Part shown: positions 59,715 to 64,000 of the stretch, piece by piece
Numbering within the stretch: the stretch's first letter is position 1
Layout: each line of letters starts with the position of its first letter
From: Pseudomonadota bacterium
GTDB lineage: Bacteria > Pseudomonadota > Alphaproteobacteria > Rhizobiales > Rhizobiaceae
Length of the DNA: 64,000 bases
Reading direction: 5' to 3'
NCBI GenBank assembly: GCA_023435335.1
Contig: JAEYRU010000246.1
Coordinates: 1,310-65,309, forward strand
Notes under the pieces: model-generated
What the model was told of the DNA's origin: nothing
What the model saw: the letters and a program-made list of their open reading frames with translations, nothing else
Databases searched by the model: none
Position numbers and translations under genes: made by a program

Positions 59715-60638
59715 TCAGGCCGGTTTCTGCCAGTTGAGCAGGGTGCCGCCGGTCTTCACCTCGCGGTTATCGGCGCCCACGGGCAGCGGATACTCGTCCT
59801 CGTTGATGACGAAGCCCTTCTTGGCGGCGAAGTCCATACGCGGCGGGCAGAAAATATCATACAAGGACGATTCCGGACCGTCCGCCCCGATGTCGCGGCT
59901 CGTATGGACGGCGCGGGCGGGGATGATGATGACGGAAGGCGTTTCCATCTCGCCGTGATCGTCCGGCCACCACTCGTCGAGGTTCGATCCCCAGTTGTAG
60001 CGTGTGTGATGGATCCACGTGCCGTTGAGGGTCAGCGAGGCCTGCTCGAAATCGTCATGCCAGTGCGGGCTGAGCGCGGTCGTATCGCGGCGCGTGAAAT
60101 AGTGCGCGAAGATGTTCACCAGCATGTTGGTGGAGCGGAAGACGCGCGGCTGGATGCGCTCCCCGTTGGCTTTGGCGTACTGGGCGAGGGGATAGTGCCG
60201 GAGCTTGTAGCCGTCGTAGGGGGCGGGCCAGAGATCGGGCGCGGCGAGTTCCGGCGCACCGTCGGCATAGGCGGCGTTGTTCCAGGCAAGCGCCATGATG
60301 TCTTCCGAGGCGCGCGAGATGATGCGAACGATCACGCCCTTCGACTTCGCGACGATCCGGCTCGGGCCGGGCGGCACGATGGTGAGGGAATCCGCCTCTG
60401 CCTCGACGGACTTGCCGCCCGCCTCGATCGTGGCGCTGGCCCCGTTGGGGGGGATGATGACCATGTATTCCTCGGGATTGTCGCTGCGCGCCAGAACGGC
60501 GCCCGGCTCGACCTCGGAATAGCAGACGGCGAAATTGCCGCCGCGCGTGATCCAGGTCCTCGCGTTCTCCGACGTCTCCTGAGGGGACATCCGATGGAAC
60601 ACAGCTTTGCTCGCCCGGCGGGCGGATAGTTCACTCAC
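59715..60638 (-). CDS. Cupin-fold protein of unknown function (probable bicupin with one metal site)
   Basis: LSPHWHDDFEQ (H-x-H-x3-E) and IIPARAVHTS cupin motifs; GTG start at 60638 with GGGAG RBS; the 749-aa ORF in the track is over-extended. Confidence 0.72.
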   Translation of the reverse strand: MSELSARRASKAVFHRMSPQETSENARTWITRGGNFAVCYSEVEPGAVLARSDNPEEYMVIIPPNGASATIEAGGKSVEAEADSLTIVPPGPSRIVAKSKGVIVRIISRASEDIMALAWNNAAYADGAPELAAPDLWPAPYDGYKLRHYPLAQYAKANGERIQPRVFRSTNMLVNIFAHYFTRRDTTALSPHWHDDFEQASLTLNGTWIHHTRYNWGSNLDEWWPDDHGEMETPSVIIIPARAVHTSRDIGADGPESSLYDIFCPPRMDFAAKKGFVINEDEYPLPVGADNREVKTGGTLLNWQKPA

Positions 60639-60796
60639 AGCAATCTCCCGTATTTCCTGGGTATGCGCCGATCGCGTGATCGGCACGGCCGGACGCGGCC
60701 CCTCCTGAACATCCGGACAGTCGGCGCCTGGCCGCCTGCCCCGCTCGGATCGATGATGGATTTCGGCGTCTGCAGGCGCCAACGGTTTCAAATCCA

Positions 60797-60813
60797 ATTT
60801 CGTGGCGCGAAAT
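60797..60813. promoter_or_regulatory. Candidate IclR-type operator in the regulator's own divergent promoter
   Basis: ATTTCG-TGGCG-CGAAAT (perfect arms) between the cupin gene and the IclR gene. Confidence 0.72.
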
Positions 60814-60992
60814 ATCGGACGGGCCTGGAGCATTTCACCGGTCCCTGCTGTATCGTTCAGTCCTCGCACGATCCCGTTGTGCGACGTGCGGGCTCGATAA
60901 GGCCGCGTTCGGGACAGGCCGCAAGCCGGTCCCGATTGTCCGAAAGGGCCGCGGCGGCAGGCTGCGTGCCATGCAGGACGGGAGGAGAGGTC

Positions 60993-61973
60993 ATGGATCT
61001 GACCTTGGACGAACGAATGGAACCGGCGGCGCGGGGAGGCGACGCCGGCGAGAGTACCGGAGCGAGGGGCACGGTCGCCCCCGAGGCCGCCCACCATCCG
61101 CAAGACAGGTGCCGGACGAATTCCCGTCGCGGCATCGTCGATCCGGATCGCCGATCCTACCCGCCCGTAGAAGCGGTTCTGCGAGCGCTTGCGGTGCTGC
61201 GCGCTGTCAACAAGCTGCGCATCGCGACCATCAACGCGATCCACGCGGAAACCGGAATCACGCGCCCCACCATCGTGCGCATGCTCGAGACGCTGATGTT
61301 CGAGGGCTACGTCGTGCGCGACAACATGTGCGGCGGCTATCGCGTCACCTGCCGGGCCGAAGACCTCAATTCCGGATATACCGGCATCTCCCGCGTCATA
61401 GAGGTGGCGCGTCCGCTGGCGATCGAGCTCACCCGGCGGATCAAATGGCCGATCGGTCTCGGCGTGATCGACGGCGACGCGATCAGCATCCAGTTCTGGA
61501 CCGGCGCGATCAGCCCCTGGGCGCACACCAACACCGTACTCGGCCTTCGGCCGGACCTTCTGACCTCGGCGATGGGCCGCGCTTATCTCGCCTTCTGCCC
61601 GCAGCCGCAGTTCGAACGCTATATGCTGCAGTTCCGCGCCGACCCCGCGCGCCAGTTCGACGAGCCGGAGGAGCAGCGCTTTCGCCGCCTGGTCAATCGC
61701 ATCCGGGCCGACGGCTACGCCACGCGGGACCCCCGCACGAAGCCGCATCGGACGACCACGATGGCGATGCCGATCTGCGAGCGCGGCCAGGTGCAGGCGC
61801 TGATCAGCATCAGCTTCTTCAGGACAGCCGTGACACGCGCGATGATCGCGGAGCAGATCATCGCGCCGCTGCGTAACACGACGGCGAGCATGGAAGCTTC
61901 GCTCCGCTTCGTGAACGCGGAACGCCAGACCATGGTCGCCGCCGAGGGCGACGATTTCGAGCACGGATTCTAG
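60993..61973 (+). CDS. IclR family regulator (MhpR-like)
   Basis: VEAVLRALAVL..VN....TINAIHAETGITRPTIVRMLETL HTH; SAMGRAYLA, DGYA and MAMPI motifs; RBS GGAGGAGAGG. Confidence 0.92.
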   Translation: MDLTLDERMEPAARGGDAGESTGARGTVAPEAAHHPQDRCRTNSRRGIVDPDRRSYPPVEAVLRALAVLRAVNKLRIATINAIHAETGITRPTIVRMLETLMFEGYVVRDNMCGGYRVTCRAEDLNSGYTGISRVIEVARPLAIELTRRIKWPIGLGVIDGDAISIQFWTGAISPWAHTNTVLGLRPDLLTSAMGRAYLAFCPQPQFERYMLQFRADPARQFDEPEEQRFRRLVNRIRADGYATRDPRTKPHRTTTMAMPICERGQVQALISISFFRTAVTRAMIAEQIIAPLRNTTASMEASLRFVNAERQTMVAAEGDDFEHGF

Positions 61974-61988
61974 CGGAGGCGCCCGGTG

Positions 61989-62008
61989 CCCGGGCCATGC
62001 GGCCCGGG
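61989..62008. terminator. Hairpin between convergent IclR and SnoaL genes
   Basis: CCCGGGCC-ATGC-GGCCCGGG; no U-tract. Confidence 0.45.
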
Positions 62009-62042
62009 ACGGCGATAGAGTGAACCCGAGAGCGGCTGGGCG

Positions 62043-62495
62043 TCAGAGCTTGGGGTTCGTCGTGGGCGTGCCGCCCTCGAACCAGGTGTCGAACTTGCGC
62101 GACGTCAGCAGCCAGCCTGCCTCGCCGTCGCGGATCAGGTGGTCGGTCATGAAGGCGATCTGGATCGGCGGGTGGGTCGGGAGGACCGGCTTACCGTCGG
62201 CGCCATACAGCATCAGGAACCAGTGGGCGATTGCCTTGTCAGGCCCTTCCATGCGTGCATGGAAATTGTGGACGCTGTGCACCACGGTGCGCGCGCCGCG
62301 GTCCTCGCGCCACTTGTAGAAGGCCCGGATCTTCTCGCGGCCCTCGTAGGAAGCGGCTGGGCCAATGAACACGCCGTCCGGCGTGAAATAGTCCGGCGCG
62401 TTGCGTCCCCAATTCGTATCGACGTCGTGCCAATAGTCGATGACGAGCGCGTGCAGCTTGTGCGTCAACGCGAGGCGTTCGTCCGAAATGTCCAT
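62043..62495 (-). CDS. SnoaL-like / NTF2-fold protein
   Basis: DYWHDVD, YFTPDGVF, YEGREKIRAFY, HSVHN and GWLLTSR pattern; RBS AGGA. Confidence 0.82.
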   Translation of the reverse strand: MDISDERLALTHKLHALVIDYWHDVDTNWGRNAPDYFTPDGVFIGPAASYEGREKIRAFYKWREDRGARTVVHSVHNFHARMEGPDKAIAHWFLMLYGADGKPVLPTHPPIQIAFMTDHLIRDGEAGWLLTSRKFDTWFEGGTPTTNPKL

Positions 62496-62603
62496 TTCCT
62501 GCTCCTGTCTCCATAATTCCGGCCTGTAGTCGCTGCCATTCTTAGTTCAGAGCCGAGTTGCGGGCGACGCTGAAAGTGGGTGGCGACGAGACTGATATCC
62601 TTG

Positions 62604-62620
62604 ATTTCATTGTAAGAAAT
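62604..62620. promoter_or_regulatory. Candidate IclR-type operator, AT-rich variant
   Basis: ATTTCA-TTGTA-AGAAAT upstream of the SnoaL gene. Confidence 0.5.
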
Positions 62621-62675
62621 TGAACTTCAAAGCCCTTTACGCCGGCTGCGTTCCGGCTCCTGACGAAGGGCAGCC

Positions 62676-63458
62676 TCAGCCTATCGGCGGAGCGAACTCG
62701 TCCAACGCGGCGGTGGCGGCCGTACGCATGAATCCGTGGTCGCTCGACACCATGAAGGCGCTCGCACCGCGCTTGGCCATCGCAGTGGCGTCCTCGCGGT
62801 CCGGACACAGCATGATGACCGGCATGCCGGCCTTGCGGGCGGCGGCCATGATCGGCTCGACGATCTCAAGGGTCTGCGGCGAGGTCATCGACGGCGCGCC
62901 GATGGCGGCGGTCAGGTCGCCGCGTCCGATGAAGATCGCGTCGAGGCCTTCGACTGCGACAATCGCGTCGATCTCGTCGAGCGCCGCGACATCCTCGATC
63001 ATGGCGACGCAGACGATCTCGGCGTCCTGTGCGTCCATGTGGTCGGAGAAGGAAACGCCGCCATACGCACCGGCGCGTGTCGTATTGGCAAAGCCGCGCC
63101 GCCCGGTGCGGTAGCGGCAGCAGGAGACGATGTGGCGCGCCTTCTCGGCGGTCGCGACATGCGGAACCAGCACGCCGCTGGCGCCGTTGTCAAGCACGGA
63201 CAGGATAGCCGCTTCCCCGGGATCGCCCACTCGGACGATGCCCGCCACGTTGGAGGCTCGAGCGGCGAGTATCATCCGGTCGAGCGCGTCATGGCCAAGC
63301 GGCGCGTGTTCCTGGTCGAACACGACGAAATCGAAGCCGAGCAGGCCGAGCATCTCGGTCGCGTGACTGGTCGGCGTCTTGACGAAGGTGCCGAGAAGGT
63401 GCTCCCGCGCCTTCAGGCGCCGGCGAAAATCCCGGTATGGCGGTCGCTCGCGTCGCAT
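62676..63458 (-). CDS. HpcH/HpaI aldolase family protein
   Basis: GFDFVVFDQEHAP, IVRV, LDNGASGVLVPHV, AMIE and IFIGRGDL motifs. Confidence 0.9.
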   Translation of the reverse strand: MRRERPPYRDFRRRLKAREHLLGTFVKTPTSHATEMLGLLGFDFVVFDQEHAPLGHDALDRMILAARASNVAGIVRVGDPGEAAILSVLDNGASGVLVPHVATAEKARHIVSCCRYRTGRRGFANTTRAGAYGGVSFSDHMDAQDAEIVCVAMIEDVAALDEIDAIVAVEGLDAIFIGRGDLTAAIGAPSMTSPQTLEIVEPIMAAARKAGMPVIMLCPDREDATAMAKRGASAFMVSSDHGFMRTAATAALDEFAPPIG

Positions 63459-63531
63459 CTCGCTGCCTTCGCGTTTGTCTCAAGGGTTCGATAGGGGGAA
63501 ACGGGCCGCCGCCGTACCGCGAACTGGCTGT

Positions 63532-63548
63532 ATTTCTCTGTTCGAAAT
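63532..63548. promoter_or_regulatory. Candidate IclR-type operator
   Basis: ATTTCT-CTGTT-CGAAAT upstream of the aldolase gene. Confidence 0.55.
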
Positions 63549-63564
63549 TACGGTTCCAGCCTCA

Positions 63565-63999
63565 CTACGACGCCTGACCGCGCAGGTGCGCGACCAAGGC
63601 CATCAGCCGCTTGTCGCGCCACTGGCTCCGTGCGGGAAGCTGTTCGAGGGGAAGGGCGGCGCGACGCTCGGCCGTGACCTTCGCGATCAGTTCGGGCGAC
63701 CAGGGGCGTGGCTGGCTGCGCGACCTGGCGACCCCGTGGTAAAGCGGCGCCAGGCGTTCGGCGTAGTCCGCCACGCCGCCGGGGGCGTTGAGGTCGATGG
63801 TCTCGAAAGGCCCCATGAATGCCCAGCGGTAGCCCAGCCCGTGCGATATGGTGGCGTCAATGTCGGCGAGACTGGCGTAACCCTCCTCGTAGAGGGCCCA
63901 GGCTTCGTTCAGGAGCGCGCCCTGCAGACGATTGAGGATGAAGCCGTCCAGTTCGCGCCGCACCTCCACGGGAACCTTGCCGGCGGCTTCCAGCGCGCT
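63565..63999 (-). CDS. 3-hydroxyacyl-CoA dehydrogenase family C-terminus (L-gulonate 3-dehydrogenase/lambda-crystallin-like); 5' end outside the window
   Basis: ELDGFILNRLQGALLNEA and GLGYRWAFMGPFETIDLNAPGG motifs. Confidence 0.85.
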   Translation of the reverse strand, partial: SALEAAGKVPVEVRRELDGFILNRLQGALLNEAWALYEEGYASLADIDATISHGLGYRWAFMGPFETIDLNAPGGVADYAERLAPLYHGVARSRSQPRPWSPELIAKVTAERRAALPLEQLPARSQWRDKRLMALVAHLRGQAS

Positions 64000-64000
64000 C

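Noticed and set aside
59715..61964. 749-aa minus-strand ORF as a large novel protein
   Set aside because: Its N-terminal part is antisense to the IclR gene and crosses the promoter; only 59715-60638 has an RBS and protein-like motifs

Overview
A 64 kb, GC-rich, gene-dense catabolic/transport region, most consistent with an alphaproteobacterium of the Rhizobiales/Hyphomicrobiales type (inferred from the protein families). I saw no rRNA, tRNA, CRISPR array, transposase, integrase or phage gene. About 57 CDSs fall into four blocks. (1) 1-3.5 kb: Dpp/Opp-type ABC genes. (2) 3.6-20.7 kb: a TetR-associated esterase/acyl-CoA ligase/SDR cluster, followed by a Liv-type ABC importer directly joined to a sugar-type ABC importer. 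One sugar permease is fused to a strictosidine-synthase-like (SSL/paraoxonase-type) hydrolase propeller, and the next gene encodes a catalytically degenerate propeller. (3) 20.7-28.1 kb: a GntR/UTRA regulator, a Dpp-type ABC system with a permease-ATPase fusion, and an alpha/beta hydrolase. (4) 28-64 kb: an organic-acid catabolic island with two IclR regulators, TAXI-TRAP and duplicated TTT transporters, a split tetronate pathway (denD, otnI, otnK, otnC) and many enzymes of unclear specificity (SnoaL-like, LigI-like, DUF6282-like, atypical FAH, divergent Fe-S hydro-lyase, orphan Mo-hydroxylase subunit, Asp-box propeller, cupin). Nearly every promoter region in block 4 carries a 17-bp palindrome, RTTYCG-N5-CGRAAY, which suggests one co-regulated IclR regulon. 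otnK appears to start at a non-canonical ATT codon. All functional calls come from motif recognition by eye; no searches were run.
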